DNA of 43,444 nucleotides from a virus (Duplodnaviria; Heunggongvirae; Uroviricota; Caudoviricetes), in the IMG/VR virus record IMGVR_UViG_2851966386_000001, positions 1 to 43,444 of that record, one strand, 5' to 3'. The translations under genes were made by a program, and so were the position numbers. Of the stretch, positions 18,052-32,396 are shown one piece after another (within the stretch, counting starts at the first letter, position 1; every line of letters begins with the position of its first letter). Below the pieces are notes generated by a model. The model saw only the letters and a list, made by a program, of their open reading frames with translations. It was not told where the DNA came from and searched no databases.

Positions 18052-18250
18052 GAGGTTGTCCCGTATTCAGTGTCGCTGATTTGTATTGTCTGAAGTTGTT
18101 TTTACGTTAAGTTGATGCAGATCAATTAATATGATACCTGCGTCATAATTGATTATTTGACGTGGTTTGATGGCGTAGATGCACGTTGTGACATGCAGAT
18201 GATAATTATTATCATTTTGCGGGTCCTTTCCGGCGATCCGACAGGTTACG

Positions 18251-18262
18251 GGGCGGCGACCT
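18251..18262 (+). other. cosN 12-nt cohesive end (GGGCGGCGACCT); cosQ and cosB flank it
   Basis: Sequence ...CGACAGGTTACG|GGGCGGCGACCTCGCGGGTTTTCGCTATTTATGAAAATTTTCCGG matches the joined right and left ends of the lambda genome as recalled. Confidence 0.9.
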
Positions 18263-18439
18263 CGCGGGTTTTCGCTATTTATGAAAATTTTCCGGTTTAA
18301 GGCGTTTCCGTTCTTCTTCGTCATAACTTAATGTTTTTATTTAAAATACCCTCTGAAAAGAAAGGAAACGACAGGTGCTGAAAGCGAGCTTTTTGGCCTC
18401 TGTCGTTTCCTTTCTCTGTTTTTGTCCGTGGAATGAACA

Positions 18440-18959
18440 ATGGAAGTCAACAAAAAGCAGCTGGCTGACATTTTCGGTGCGAGTATCCGTACCATTCAGA
18501 ACTGGCAGGAACAGGGAATGCCCGTTCTGCGGGGTGGTGGGAAGGGTAATGAGGTGCTTTATGATTCTGCCGCCGTCATAAAATGGTATGCCGAAAGGGA
18601 TGCTGAAATTGAGAACGAAAAGCTGCGCCGGGAAGTTGAAGAACTGCGGCAGGCCAGCGAGACAGATCTCCAGCCAGGGACTATTGAGTACGAACGCCAT
18701 CGACTTACGCGTGCGCAGGCCGACGCACAGGAGCTGAAAAATGCCAGAGACTCCGCTGAAGTGGTGGAAACCGCATTCTGTACTTTCGTGCTGTCGCGGA
18801 TCGCAGGTGAAATTGCCAGTATTCTCGACGGGATCCCCCTGTCGGTGCAGCGGCGTTTTCCGGAACTGGAAAACCGACATGTTGATTTCCTGAAACGGGA
18901 TATCATCAAAGCCATGAACAAAGCAGCCGCGCTGGATGAACTGATACCGGGGTTGCTGA

Positions 18960-18985
<26 letters not shown>
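18440..18985 (+). CDS. Nu1: Terminase small subunit Nu1
   Basis: Near-identical to lambda Nu1 (MEVNKKQLADIFGASIRTIQNWQEQGMPVLRGGGKGNEVLYDSAAVIKWYAERD...). Confidence 0.95.
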
Positions 18986-22666
<3,681 letters not shown>

Positions 22667-22686
<20 letters not shown>

Positions 22687-23986
22687 TCTCCCGCATATTG
22701 CCAGCATGGCCTTTAATGAGCCGCTGATGCTTGAACCCGCCTATGCGCGGGTTTTCTTTTGTGCGCTTGCAGGCCAGCTTGGGATCAGCCGCCTGACGGA
22801 TGCAGTATCCGGCGACAGCCTGACTGCCGGAGAGGCACCCGCGGCGCTGGCGTTATCCGGTGATGATGACGGACCACGACAAGCCCGCAGTTATCAGGTC
22901 ATGAACGGCATCGCCGTGCTGGCGGTGTCCGGCACGCTGGTCAGCCGGACGCGGGCGCTGCAGCCGTATTCGGGAATGACCGGTTACAACGGCATTATCG
23001 CCCGTCTGCAACAGGCTGCCAGCGACCCGATGGTGGATGGCATTCTGCTCGATATGGATACGCCAGGCGGGATGGTGGCAGGGGCATTTGACTGCGCTGA
23101 CATCATCGCCCGTGTGCGTGACATAAAGCCGGTATGGGCGCTGGCCAATGACATGAACTGCAGCGCAGGTCAGCTGCTTGCCAGTGCCGCCTCCCGGCGT
23201 CTGGTCACGCAGACCGCCCGGACAGGCTCCATCGGCGTCATGATGGCTCACAGTAATTACGGTGCTGCGCTGGAGAAACAGGGCGTGGAAATCACGCTGA
23301 TTTACAGCGGCAGCCATAAGGTGGATGGCAACCCCTACAGCCATCTACCGGATGATGTCCGGGAGACACTGCAGTCCCGGATGGATGCAACCCGCCGGAT
23401 GTTTGCGCAGAAGGTGTCGGCATATACCGGCCTGTCCGTGCAGGCTGTGCTGGATACCGAGGCTGCAGTGTACAGCGGTCAGGAGGCCATTGATGCCGGA
23501 CTGGCTGATGAACTTGTCAACAGCACCGATGCGATCACCGTCATGCGTGATGCACTGGATGCACGTAAATCCCGTCTCTCAGGAGGGCGAATGACCAAAG
23601 AGACTCAATCAACAACTGTTTCAGCCACTGCTTCGCAGGCTGACGTTACTGACGTGGTGCCAGCGACGGAGGGCGAAAACGCCAGCGCGGCGCAGCCGGA
23701 CGTGAACGCGCAGATCACCGCTGCGGTTGCGGCAGAAAACAGCCGCATTATGGGGATCCTCAACTGTGAGGAGGCTCACGGACGCGAAGAACAGGCGCGC
23801 GTTCTGGCAGAAACCCCCGGAATGACCGTGGAAACGGCCCGCCGCATTCTGGCCGCAGCACCACAGAGTGCACAGGCGCGCAGTGACACTGCGCTGGATC
23901 GTCTGATGCAGGGGGCACCGGCACCGCTGGCTGCAGGTAACCCGGCATCTGATGCCGTTAACGATTTGCTGAACACACCAGTGTAA
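22667..23986 (+). CDS. C: Head maturation protease C
   Basis: GTG start at 22667 (VTAELRNLPHIASMAFNEPL...) matching the lambda gpC N-terminus; overlaps the B stop. Confidence 0.9.
23381..23986 (+). CDS. Nu3: Scaffolding protein Nu3 (in-frame internal start within C)
   Basis: Internal ATG at 23381 in the C frame; the 606-nt length equals lambda Nu3. Confidence 0.7.
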   Translation: MDATRRMFAQKVSAYTGLSVQAVLDTEAAVYSGQEAIDAGLADELVNSTDAITVMRDALDARKSRLSGGRMTKETQSTTVSATASQADVTDVVPATEGENASAAQPDVNAQITAAVAAENSRIMGILNCEEAHGREEQARVLAETPGMTVETARRILAAAPQSAQARSDTALDRLMQGAPAPLAAGNPASDAVNDLLNTPV

Positions 23987-23995
23987 GGGATGTTT

Positions 23996-24328
23996 ATGAC
24001 GAGCAAAGAAACCTTTACCCATTACCAGCCGCTGGGCAACAGTGACCCGGCTCATACCGCAACCGCGCCCGGCGGATTGAGTAAGAAAACGCCAGCAATG
24101 ACTCCGTTGATGCCGGATACCTCCACCCGTAAGCTGGTTGCGTGGGATGGCACCACCGACGGTGCTGCCGTTGGCATTCTTGCTGTTGCTGCTGACCAGA
24201 CCAGCACCACGCTGACGTTCTACAAGTCCGGCACGTTCCGTTATGAGGATGTGCTCTGGCCGGAGGCTGCCAGCGACGAGGCGAAAAAACGGACCGCGTT
24301 TGCCGGAACGGCAATCAGCATCGTTTAA
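23996..24328 (+). CDS. D: Head decoration protein D
   Basis: [27 protein letters not shown]... matches lambda gpD; AAGGGA RBS. Confidence 0.95.
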   Translation: MTSKETFTHYQPLGNSDPAHTATAPGGLSKKTPAMTPLMPDTSTRKLVAWDGTTDGAAVGILAVAADQTSTTLTFYKSGTFRYEDVLWPEAASDEAKKRTAFAGTAISIV

Positions 24329-24383
24329 CCTGACCCTTCATCACTAAAGGCCGCCTGTGCGGCTTTTTTTACGGGATTTTTTT

Positions 24384-25409
24384 ATGTCGATGTACACAAC
24401 CGCCCAGCTGCTGGCGGCAAATGAGCAGAAATTTAAGTTTGATCCGCTGTTTCTGCGTCTCTTTTTCCGTGAGAGCTATCCCTTCACTACGGAGAAAGTC
24501 TATCTCTCACAAATTCCGGGACTGGTAAACATGGCGCTGTACGTTTCGCCGATTGTTTCCGGTGAGGTTATCCGTTCCCGTGGCGGCTCCACCTCTGAAT
24601 TTACGCCGGGATATGTCAAGCCGAAGCATGAAGTGAATCCGCAGATGACCCTGCGTCGCCTGCCGGATGAAGATCCGCAGAATCTGGCGGACCCGGCTTA
24701 CCGCCGCCGTCGCATCATCATGCAGAACATGCGTGACGAAGAGCTGGCCATTGCTCAGGTCGAAGAGATGCAGGCAGTTTCTGCCGTGCTTAAGGGCAAA
24801 TACACCATGACCGGTGAAGCCTTCGATCCGGTTGAGGTGGATATGGGTCGCAGTGAAGCGAATAACATCACGCAGTCCGGCAGCACGGGGTGGAGCAAGC
24901 GCGACAAGTCCACGTATGACCCGACCGACGATATCGAAGCCTACGCGCTGAACGCCAGCGGTGTGGTGAATATCATCGTGTTTGACCCGAAAGGCTGGGC
25001 GCTGTTCCGTTCCTTCAAAGCCGTCAGGGAGAAGCTGGATACCCGTCGCGGCTCTCATTCCGAACTGGAGACAGCGGTAAAAGACCTGGGCAAAGCGGTG
25101 TCTTATAAGGGAATGTATGGCGATGTGGCCATCGTCGTGTATTCCGGACAGTACGTGGAAAACGGCGTCAAAAAGAACTTCCTGCCGGACAACACGATGG
25201 TGCTGGGTAACACTCATGCACGCGGTCTGCGCACCTATGGCTGTATTCAGGATGCGGATGCATTGAGTGAGGGTATTAATGCGTCTCCCCGTTATCCGAA
25301 AAACTGGAAGACATCCGGCGATCCGGCGCGAGAGTTCACCATGATTCAGTCAGCACCGCTGATGCTGCTGGCTGATCCTGATGAGTTCGTGTCCGTTCAA
25401 CTGGCGTAA
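24384..25409 (+). CDS. E: Major capsid protein E
   Basis: MSMYTTAQLLAANEQKFKFDPLFLRLFFRESYPF... matches lambda gpE (341 aa). Confidence 0.95.
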   Translation: MSMYTTAQLLAANEQKFKFDPLFLRLFFRESYPFTTEKVYLSQIPGLVNMALYVSPIVSGEVIRSRGGSTSEFTPGYVKPKHEVNPQMTLRRLPDEDPQNLADPAYRRRRIIMQNMRDEELAIAQVEEMQAVSAVLKGKYTMTGEAFDPVEVDMGRSEANNITQSGSTGWSKRDKSTYDPTDDIEAYALNASGVVNIIVFDPKGWALFRSFKAVREKLDTRRGSHSELETAVKDLGKAVSYKGMYGDVAIVVYSGQYVENGVKKNFLPDNTMVLGNTHARGLRTYGCIQDADALSEGINASPRYPKNWKTSGDPAREFTMIQSAPLMLLADPDEFVSVQLA

Positions 25410-25450
25410 TCATGGCCCTTCGGGGCCATTTTCTCTCTGTGGAGGAGTCC

Positions 25451-25846
25451 ATGACGAAAGATGAACTGATTGCCCGTCTCCGTTCGCTGGGTGAGCAACT
25501 GAACCGTGATGTCAGCCTGACGGGGACGAAAGAAGAACTGGCGCTCCGTGTGGCAGAGCTGGAAGAGGAGCTTGATGACACGGATGACGCAGCCGGTCAG
25601 GACACGTCTGTCAGCCCGGAAAATGTGCTGACCGTGCATGAAAATGAGGTTGTATCAGCGCAGCCGGATACCGTGACTGATACGGCTGATCTGGTCACGG
25701 TTGTGGCACTGGTGACGCTGCATACTGATGCACTTCACGCCACGCGGGATGAGGCTGTGGCATTTGTGCTGCCGGGAACGGCGTTTCGTGTCTCTGCCGG
25801 TGTGGCAGCTGAAATGACAGAGCGCGGCCTGGCCAGAATGCAATAA
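25451..25846 (+). CDS. FI: DNA-packaging protein FI
   Basis: MTKDELIARLRSLGEQLNRDVSLTGTKEELALRVAELEEELDD... matches lambda FI; GGAGGAG RBS. Confidence 0.9.
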   Translation: MTKDELIARLRSLGEQLNRDVSLTGTKEELALRVAELEEELDDTDDAAGQDTSVSPENVLTVHENEVVSAQPDTVTDTADLVTVVALVTLHTDALHATRDEAVAFVLPGTAFRVSAGVAAEMTERGLARMQ

Positions 25847-25857
25847 CGGGAGGCGCT

Positions 25858-26211
25858 GTGGCTGATTTCGATAACCTGTTCGATGCTGCCATTGCCTGCG
25901 CCGATGAAACGATACGCGGGTACATGGGAACGTCAGCCACCATGACATCCGGTGAGCAGTCCGGTGCTGTGATACGTGGTGTTTTTGATGACCCTGAAAA
26001 TATCAGCTATGCCGGACAGGGCGTGCGCGTTGAAGGCTCCAGCCCGTCCCTGTTTGTCCGGACTGATGATGTGCGGCAGCTGCGGCGCGGCGACATGCTG
26101 ACCATCGGTGAGGAAAACTTCTGGATAGACCGGATTTCGCCGGATGATGGCGGAAGCTGTCATCTCTGGCTTGGGCGGGGCGTACCGCCTGCCGTTAACC
26201 GTCGCCGCTGA
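25858..26211 (+). CDS. FII: Head-tail connector FII
   Basis: Matches lambda FII (MADFDNLFDAAIA.ADETIRGYMGTSAT...); GTG start. Confidence 0.9.
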   Translation: MADFDNLFDAAIACADETIRGYMGTSATMTSGEQSGAVIRGVFDDPENISYAGQGVRVEGSSPSLFVRTDDVRQLRRGDMLTIGEENFWIDRISPDDGGSCHLWLGRGVPPAVNRRR

Positions 26212-26222
26212 AAGGGGGATGA

Positions 26223-26801
26223 ATGGCCATAAAAGGTCTTGAGCAGGCCGTTGAAAACCTCAGCCGTATCAGCAGAACGGCGGTGCCCGGTGCCGCCGCA
26301 ATGGCCATTAACCGCGTTGCGTCATCCGCGATATCGCAGTCGGCGTCACAGGTTGCCCGTGAGACAAAGGTACGCCGGAAACTGGTAAAGGAAAGGGCCA
26401 GGCTGAAAAGGGCCACGGTCAAAAATCCGCAGGCCAGAATCAAAGTTAACCGGGGGGATTTGCCCGTAATCAGGCTGGGTAATGCGCGGGTTGTCCTTTC
26501 GCGCCGCAGGCGTCGTAAAAAGGGGCAGCGTTCATCCCTGAAAGGTGGCGGCAGCGTGCTTGTGGTGGGTAACCGTCGTATTCCCGGCGCGTTTATTCAG
26601 CAACTGAAAAATGGCCGGTGGCATGTCATGCAGCGTGTGGCCGGGAAAAACCGTTACCCCATTGATGTGGTGAAAATCCCGATGGCGGTGCCGCTGACCA
26701 CGGCGTTTAAACAAAATATTGAGCGGATACGGCGTGAACGTCTTCCGAAAGAGCTGGGCTATGCGCTGCAGCATCAACTGAGGATGGTAATAAAGCGATG
26801 A
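26223..26801 (+). CDS. Z: Tail completion protein Z
   Basis: 192 aa matching lambda gpZ. Confidence 0.9.
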   Translation: MAIKGLEQAVENLSRISRTAVPGAAAMAINRVASSAISQSASQVARETKVRRKLVKERARLKRATVKNPQARIKVNRGDLPVIRLGNARVVLSRRRRRKKGQRSSLKGGGSVLVVGNRRIPGAFIQQLKNGRWHVMQRVAGKNRYPIDVVKIPMAVPLTTAFKQNIERIRRERLPKELGYALQHQLRMVIKR

Positions 26802-27193
26802 AACATACTGAACTCCGTGCAGCCGTACTGGATGCACTGGAGAAGCATGACACCGGGGCGACGCTTTTTGATGGTCGCCCCGCTGCTTTTGATGAGGAAG
26901 ATTTTCCGGCAATTGCCGTTTATCTCACCGGCGCTGAATACACGGGCGAAGAGCTGGACAGCGATACCTGGCAGGCGGAGCTGCATATTGAAGTTTTCCT
27001 GCCTGCTCAGGTGCCGGATTCAGAGCTGGATTCGTGGATGGAGTCCCGGATTTATCCGGTGATGAGCGATATCCCGGCGCTGTCAGATTTGATCACCAGT
27101 ATGGTGGCCAGTGGCTATGACTACCGGCGCGACGATGATGCGGGCCTGTGGAGTTCAGCCGATCTGACTTATGTCATTACCTATGAAATGTGA
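26798..27193 (+). CDS. U: Tail terminator U
   Basis: 131 aa matching lambda gpU; ATGA overlap with Z. Confidence 0.9.
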   Translation: MKHTELRAAVLDALEKHDTGATLFDGRPAAFDEEDFPAIAVYLTGAEYTGEELDSDTWQAELHIEVFLPAQVPDSELDSWMESRIYPVMSDIPALSDLITSMVASGYDYRRDDDAGLWSSADLTYVITYEM

Positions 27194-27200
27194 GGACGAT

Positions 27201-27941
27201 ATGCCAACACCAAATCCTCTGGCACCGGTGAAAGGGGCCGGGACCACCCTGTGGGTTTATAACGGGAGCGGTGACCCTTATGCGAATCCGCTTTCAGACG
27301 TTGACTGGTCGCGTCTGGCAAAAGTTAAAGACCTGACGCCCGGCGAACTGACCGCTGAGTCCTATGACGACAGCTATCTCGATGATGAAAATGCGGACTG
27401 GACTGCGACCGGGCAGGGGCAGAAATCTGCCGGAGATACCAGCTTCACGCTGGCGTGGATGCCCGGAGAGCAGGGGCAGCAGGCGCTGCTGGCGTGGTTT
27501 AATAAAGGGGATACCCGTGCCTATAAAATCCGCTTCCCGAACGGCACGGTCGATGTGTTCCGCGGCTGGGTCAGCAGTATCGGTAAGGCGGTGACGGCGA
27601 AGGAAGTGATCACCCGCACGGTGAAAGTCACCAACGTGGGACGTCCGTCGATGGCAGAAGATCGCAGCACGGTAACAGCGGCAACCGGCATGACCGTGAC
27701 GCCTGCCAGCACTTCGGTGGTGAAAGGGCGGAGCATCACGCTGACCGTGGCATTCCAGCCGGAAGGCGCAACCGACAAGAGCTTCCGTGCGGTGTCTGCG
27801 GATAAAACAAAAGCCACCGTGTCGGTCAGTGGTATGACCATCACCGTGAAAGGTGTTGCTGCAGGCAAGGTCAACATTCCGGTTGTATCCGGTAATGGTG
27901 AACTTGCTGTGGTTGCAGGAATCACCGTCACCGACAGTTAA
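27201..27941 (+). CDS. V: Major tail tube protein V
   Basis: [20 protein letters not shown]... matches lambda gpV, including the C-terminal Ig-like region. Confidence 0.95.
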   Translation: MPTPNPLAPVKGAGTTLWVYNGSGDPYANPLSDVDWSRLAKVKDLTPGELTAESYDDSYLDDENADWTATGQGQKSAGDTSFTLAWMPGEQGQQALLAWFNKGDTRAYKIRFPNGTVDVFRGWVSSIGKAVTAKEVITRTVKVTNVGRPSMAEDRSTVTAATGMTVTPASTSVVKGRSITLTVAFQPEGATDKSFRAVSADKTKATVSVSGMTITVKGVAAGKVNIPVVSGNGELAVVAGITVTDS

Positions 27942-27956
27942 TCCGGAGAGTCAGCG

Positions 27957-28379
27957 ATGTTCCTGAAAACCGAATCATTTGAATATAACGGTATGAGCGT
28001 CACGCTTTCTGAACTGTCAGCCCTGCAGCGAATTGAGCATCTCGCCCTGCTGAAACGACAGGCAGAACAGGCGGGATCCAGTCTCAATCGACAGGTGAGC
28101 GTGGAAGATCTCGTCAGAACCGGTGCTTTTCTGGTGGCGATGTCCCTGTGGCATAACCATCCGCAGAAGACAAAGATGCCGTCCATGAATGAAGCCGTTA
28201 AACAAATTGAGCAGGAAGTGCTTACCACCTGGCCCACAGAGGCAATTGCTCAGGCTGAAAATGTGGTAATGCGTCTGTCCGGTATGTCTGAGTTTGTTGT
28301 GAATGATGCCCCTGAACAGGCAGAGGACGCCGGGCCTGCAGAGCCTGTTTCTGCGGGAAAGTGTTCGACGGTGAGCTGA
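27957..28379 (+). CDS. G: Tail assembly chaperone G
   Basis: 140 aa matching lambda gpG. Confidence 0.9.
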   Translation: MFLKTESFEYNGMSVTLSELSALQRIEHLALLKRQAEQAGSSLNRQVSVEDLVRTGAFLVAMSLWHNHPQKTKMPSMNEAVKQIEQEVLTTWPTEAIAQAENVVMRLSGMSEFVVNDAPEQAEDAGPAEPVSAGKCSTVS

Positions 28380-28795
28380 GTTTTGCCCTGAAACTGGCGC
28401 GTGAGATGGGGCGACCTGACTGGCGCGCCATGCTTGCCGGGATGTCATCCACGGAGTATGCCGACTGGCACCGCTTTTACAGTACCCATTATTTTCATGA
28501 TGTTCTGCTGGATATGCACTTTTCCGGGCTGACGTACACCGTGCTCAGCCTGTTTTTCAGCGATCCGGATATGCATCCGCTGGATTTCAGTCTGCTGAAC
28601 CGGCGCGAGGCTGACGAAGAGCCTGAAGATGATGTGCTGATGCAGAAAGCGGCAGGGCTTGCCGGAGGTGTCCGCTTTGGCCCGGACGGGAATGAAGTTA
28701 TCCCTACTTCCCCGGATGTGGCGGACATGACGGAGGATGACGTAATGCTGATGACAGTATCAGAAGGGATCGCAGGAGGAGTCCGGTATGGCTGA
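27957..28795 (+). CDS. GT: Tail assembly chaperone G-T fusion made by programmed -1 frameshift at GGGAAAG (28355..28361)
   Basis: Slippery heptamer G GGA AAG near the G stop; the -1 frame continues as the lambda T sequence (...ELSFALKLAREMGRPDWRAMLAGMSSTEYADWHRFY...). Confidence 0.85.
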
Positions 28796-31367
28796 ACCGG
28801 TAGGCGATCTGGTCGTTGATTTAAGTCTGGATGCGGCCAGATTTGACGAGCAGATGGCCAGAGTCAGGCGTCATTTTTCCGGTACGGAAACTGATGCGAA
28901 AAAAACAGCGGCAGTCGTTGAACAGTCGCTGAGCCGACAGGCGCTGGCTGCACAGAAAGCGGGGATTTCCGTCGGGCAGTATAAAGCCGCCATGCGTATG
29001 CTGCCTGCACAGTTCACCGACGTGGCCACGCAGCTTGCAGGCGGGCAAAGTCCGTGGCTGATCCTGCTGCAACAGGGTGGTCAGGTTAAGGACTCCTTCG
29101 GCGGGATGATCCCCATGTTCAGGGGGCTTGCCGGTGCGATCACCCTGCCGATGGTGGGGGCCACCTCGCTGGCGGTGGCGACCGGTGCGCTGGCGTATGC
29201 CTGGTATCAGGGCAACTCAACCCTGTCCGATTTCAACAAAACGCTGGTCCTTTCCGGCAATCAGGCGGGACTGACGGCAGATCGTATTCTGGCCCTGTCC
29301 AGAGCCGGGCAGGCGGCAGGGCTGACGTTTAACCAGACCAGCGAGTCACTGACGGCGCTGGTGAATGCCGGTGTGCGTGGTGGTGAGCAGTTTGAGGCGA
29401 TCAGCCAGAGTGTGGCGCGTTTCTCCTCTGCATCCGGCGTGGAGGTGGACAAGGTCGCTGAAGCCTTCGGGAAGCTGACCACAGACCCGACGTCGGGACT
29501 GACAGCGATGGCACGTCAGTTCCGTAACGTGACGGCGGAGCAGATTGCGTATGTTGCTCAGTTGCAGCGTTCCGGAGATGAAGCCGGGGCATTGCAGGCG
29601 GCGAACGAGGCCGCAACGAAAGGGTTTGATGACCAGACCCGCCGCCTGAAAGAGAACATGGGCACGCTGGAGACCTGGGCAGACAGGACAGCACGGGCAT
29701 TCAAATCCATGTGGGATTCGGTGCTGGATATTGGTCGCCCGGACACTGCCCAGGGAATGCTGGAGAAAGCAGAAAAGGCTTTTGATGAGGCGGACAAAAA
29801 ATGGCAGTGGTATCAGAGTCGGAGCCACCGGCGCGGTAAAACCTCAGCATTTCTTGCCAATCTCCGGGGAGCATGGGAGGACAGAGCGAATGCGCAACTT
29901 GGGCTTTCAGCCGCCACGTTGCAGGCCGATCTTGAAAAGGCCAGAGAGATGGCAGCAAAGGACTGGGCCGAGTCTGAGGCATCACGGCTGAAATATACCG
30001 AAGAGGCGCAGAAGGCTTACGAACGGCTGCAGACGCCGCTGGAGAAATATACCGCCCGTCAGGAAGAACTGAACAAGGCACTGAAAGACGGGAAAATCCT
30101 GCAGGCGGATTACAACACGCTGATGGCGGCGGCGAAAAAGGATTATGAAGCGACGCTGAAAAAGCCGAAACAGTCCGGCGTGAAGGTGTCTGCGGGCGAT
30201 CGTCAGGAAGACAGTGCTCATGCTGCCCTGCTGACGCTTCAGGCTGAACTCCGGACGCTGGAGAAGCATGCCGGAGCAAATGAGAAAATCAGCCAGCAGC
30301 GCCGGGATTTGTGGAAGGCGGAGAGTCAGTTCGCGGTACTGGAGGAGGCGGCGCAACGTCGCCAGCTGTCTGCACAGGAGAAATCCCTGCTGGCGCATAA
30401 AGATGAGACGCTGGAGTACAAACGCCAGCTGGCTGCACTTGGCGACAAGGTTACGTATCAGGAGCGCCTGAACGCGCTGGCGCAGCAGGCGGATAAATTC
30501 GCACAGCAGCAACGGGCAAAACGGGCCGCCATTGATGCGAAAAGCCGGGGGCTGACTGACCGGCAGGCAGAACGGGAAGCCACGGAACAGCGCCTGAAGG
30601 AACAGTATGGCGATAATCCGCTGGCGCTGAATAACGTCATGTCAGAGCAGAAAAAGACCTGGGCGGCTGAAGACCAGCTTCGCGGGAACTGGATGGCAGG
30701 CCTGAAGTCCGGCTGGAGTGAGTGGGAAGAGAGCGCCACGGACAGTATGTCGCAGGTAAAAAGTGCAGCCACGCAGACCTTTGATGGTATTGCACAGAAT
30801 ATGGCGGCGATGCTGACCGGCAGTGAGCAGAACTGGCGCAGCTTCACCCGTTCCGTGCTGTCCATGATGACAGAAATTCTGCTTAAGCAGGCAATGGTGG
30901 GGATTGTCGGGAGTATCGGCAGCGCCATTGGCGGGGCTGTTGGTGGCGGCGCATCCGCGTCAGGCGGTACAGCCATTCAGGCCGCTGCGGCGAAATTCCA
31001 TTTTGCAACCGGAGGATTTACGGGAACCGGCGGCAAATATGAGCCAGCGGGGATTGTTCACCGTGGTGAGTTTGTCTTCACGAAGGAGGCAACCAGCCGG
31101 ATTGGCGTGGGGAATCTTTACCGGCTGATGCGCGGCTATGCCACCGGCGGTTATGTCGGTACACCGGGCAGCATGGCAGACAGCCGGTCGCAGGCGTCCG
31201 GGACGTTTGAGCAGAATAACCATGTGGTGATTAACAACGACGGCACGAACGGGCAGATAGGGCCACAGGCGCTGAAGGCTGTTTATGACGTAGCCCGTAA
31301 GGCGGCAATGGATGTTGTGACCGGGCAGATGCGCGATGGTGGCCTGTTCTCCGGAGGTGGACGATGA
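28788..31367 (+). CDS. H: Tail tape measure protein H
   Basis: 859 aa, lambda gpH-like (MAEPVGDLVVDLSLDAARFDEQMARVRRHF...). Confidence 0.95.
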   Translation: MAEPVGDLVVDLSLDAARFDEQMARVRRHFSGTETDAKKTAAVVEQSLSRQALAAQKAGISVGQYKAAMRMLPAQFTDVATQLAGGQSPWLILLQQGGQVKDSFGGMIPMFRGLAGAITLPMVGATSLAVATGALAYAWYQGNSTLSDFNKTLVLSGNQAGLTADRILALSRAGQAAGLTFNQTSESLTALVNAGVRGGEQFEAISQSVARFSSASGVEVDKVAEAFGKLTTDPTSGLTAMARQFRNVTAEQIAYVAQLQRSGDEAGALQAANEAATKGFDDQTRRLKENMGTLETWADRTARAFKSMWDSVLDIGRPDTAQGMLEKAEKAFDEADKKWQWYQSRSHRRGKTSAFLANLRGAWEDRANAQLGLSAATLQADLEKAREMAAKDWAESEASRLKYTEEAQKAYERLQTPLEKYTARQEELNKALKDGKILQADYNTLMAAAKKDYEATLKKPKQSGVKVSAGDRQEDSAHAALLTLQAELRTLEKHAGANEKISQQRRDLWKAESQFAVLEEAAQRRQLSAQEKSLLAHKDETLEYKRQLAALGDKVTYQERLNALAQQADKFAQQQRAKRAAIDAKSRGLTDRQAEREATEQRLKEQYGDNPLALNNVMSEQKKTWAAEDQLRGNWMAGLKSGWSEWEESATDSMSQVKSAATQTFDGIAQNMAAMLTGSEQNWRSFTRSVLSMMTEILLKQAMVGIVGSIGSAIGGAVGGGASASGGTAIQAAAAKFHFATGGFTGTGGKYEPAGIVHRGEFVFTKEATSRIGVGNLYRLMRGYATGGYVGTPGSMADSRSQASGTFEQNNHVVINNDGTNGQIGPQALKAVYDVARKAAMDVVTGQMRDGGLFSGGGR

Positions 31368-31693
31368 AGACCTTCCGCTGGAAAGTGAAACCCGGTATGG
31401 ATGTGGCTTCGGTCCCTTCTGTAAGAAAGGTGCGCTTTGGTGATGGCTATTCTCAGCGAGCGCCTGCCGGGCTGAATGCCAACCTGAAAACGTACAGCGT
31501 GACGCTTTCTGTCCCCCGTGAGGAGGCCACGGTACTGGAGTCGTTTCTGGAAGAGCACGGGGGCTGGAAATCCTTTCTGTGGACGCCGCCTTATGAGTGG
31601 CGGCAGATAAAGGTGACCTGCGCAAAATGGTCGTCGCGGGTCAGTATGTTGCGTGTTGAGTTCAGCGCAGAGTTTGAACAGGTGGTGAACTGA
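31364..31693 (+). CDS. M: Tail tip protein M
   Basis: 109 aa matching lambda gpM. Confidence 0.9.
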   Translation: MKTFRWKVKPGMDVASVPSVRKVRFGDGYSQRAPAGLNANLKTYSVTLSVPREEATVLESFLEEHGGWKSFLWTPPYEWRQIKVTCAKWSSRVSMLRVEFSAEFEQVVN

Positions 31694-32391
31694 TGCAGGA
31701 TATCCGGCAGGAAACACTGAATGAATGCACCCGTGCGGAGCAGTCGGCCAGCGTGGTGCTCTGGGAAATCGACCTGACAGAGGTCGGTGGAGAACGTTAT
31801 TTTTTCTGTAATGAGCAGAACGAAAAAGGTGAGCCGGTCACCTGGCAGGGGCGACAGTATCAGCCGTATCCCATTCAGGGGAGCGGTTTTGAACTGAATG
31901 GCAAAGGCACCAGTACGCGCCCCACGCTGACGGTTTCTAACCTGTACGGTATGGTCACCGGGATGGCGGAAGATATGCAGAGTCTGGTCGGCGGAACGGT
32001 GGTCCGGCGTAAGGTTTACGCCCGTTTTCTGGATGCGGTGAACTTCGTCAACGGAAACAGTTACGCCGATCCGGAGCAGGAGGTGATCAGCCGCTGGCGC
32101 ATTGAGCAGTGCAGCGAACTGAGCGCGGTGAGTGCCTCCTTTGTACTGTCCACGCCGACGGAAACGGATGGCGCTGTTTTTCCGGGACGTATCATGCTGG
32201 CCAACACCTGCACCTGGACCTATCGCGGTGACGAGTGCGGTTATAGCGGTCCGGCTGTCGCGGATGAATATGACCAGCCAACGTCCGATATCACGAAGGA
32301 TAAATGCAGCAAATGCCTGAGCGGTTGTAAGTTCCGCAATAACGTCGGCAACTTTGGCGGCTTCCTTTCCATTAACAAACTTTCGCAGTAA
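31693..32391 (+). CDS. L: Tail tip protein L
   Basis: 232 aa matching lambda gpL, including the C-terminal Cys cluster. Confidence 0.9.
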   Translation: MQDIRQETLNECTRAEQSASVVLWEIDLTEVGGERYFFCNEQNEKGEPVTWQGRQYQPYPIQGSGFELNGKGTSTRPTLTVSNLYGMVTGMAEDMQSLVGGTVVRRKVYARFLDAVNFVNGNSYADPEQEVISRWRIEQCSELSAVSASFVLSTPTETDGAVFPGRIMLANTCTWTYRGDECGYSGPAVADEYDQPTSDITKDKCSKCLSGCKFRNNVGNFGGFLSINKLSQ

Positions 32392-32396
32392 ATCCC

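Noticed and set aside
18067-18880. Minus-strand ORFs 18067..18324 and 18341..18880 near cos and Nu1
   Set aside because: They overlap the cos site and the Nu1 gene, which are both near-identical to lambda; no RBS; antisense artefacts.
28821-31717. Antisense and alternate-frame ORFs within the tape-measure gene H
   Set aside because: H is collinear with lambda gpH; the alternate frames give low-complexity Arg/Pro/Cys-rich translations.
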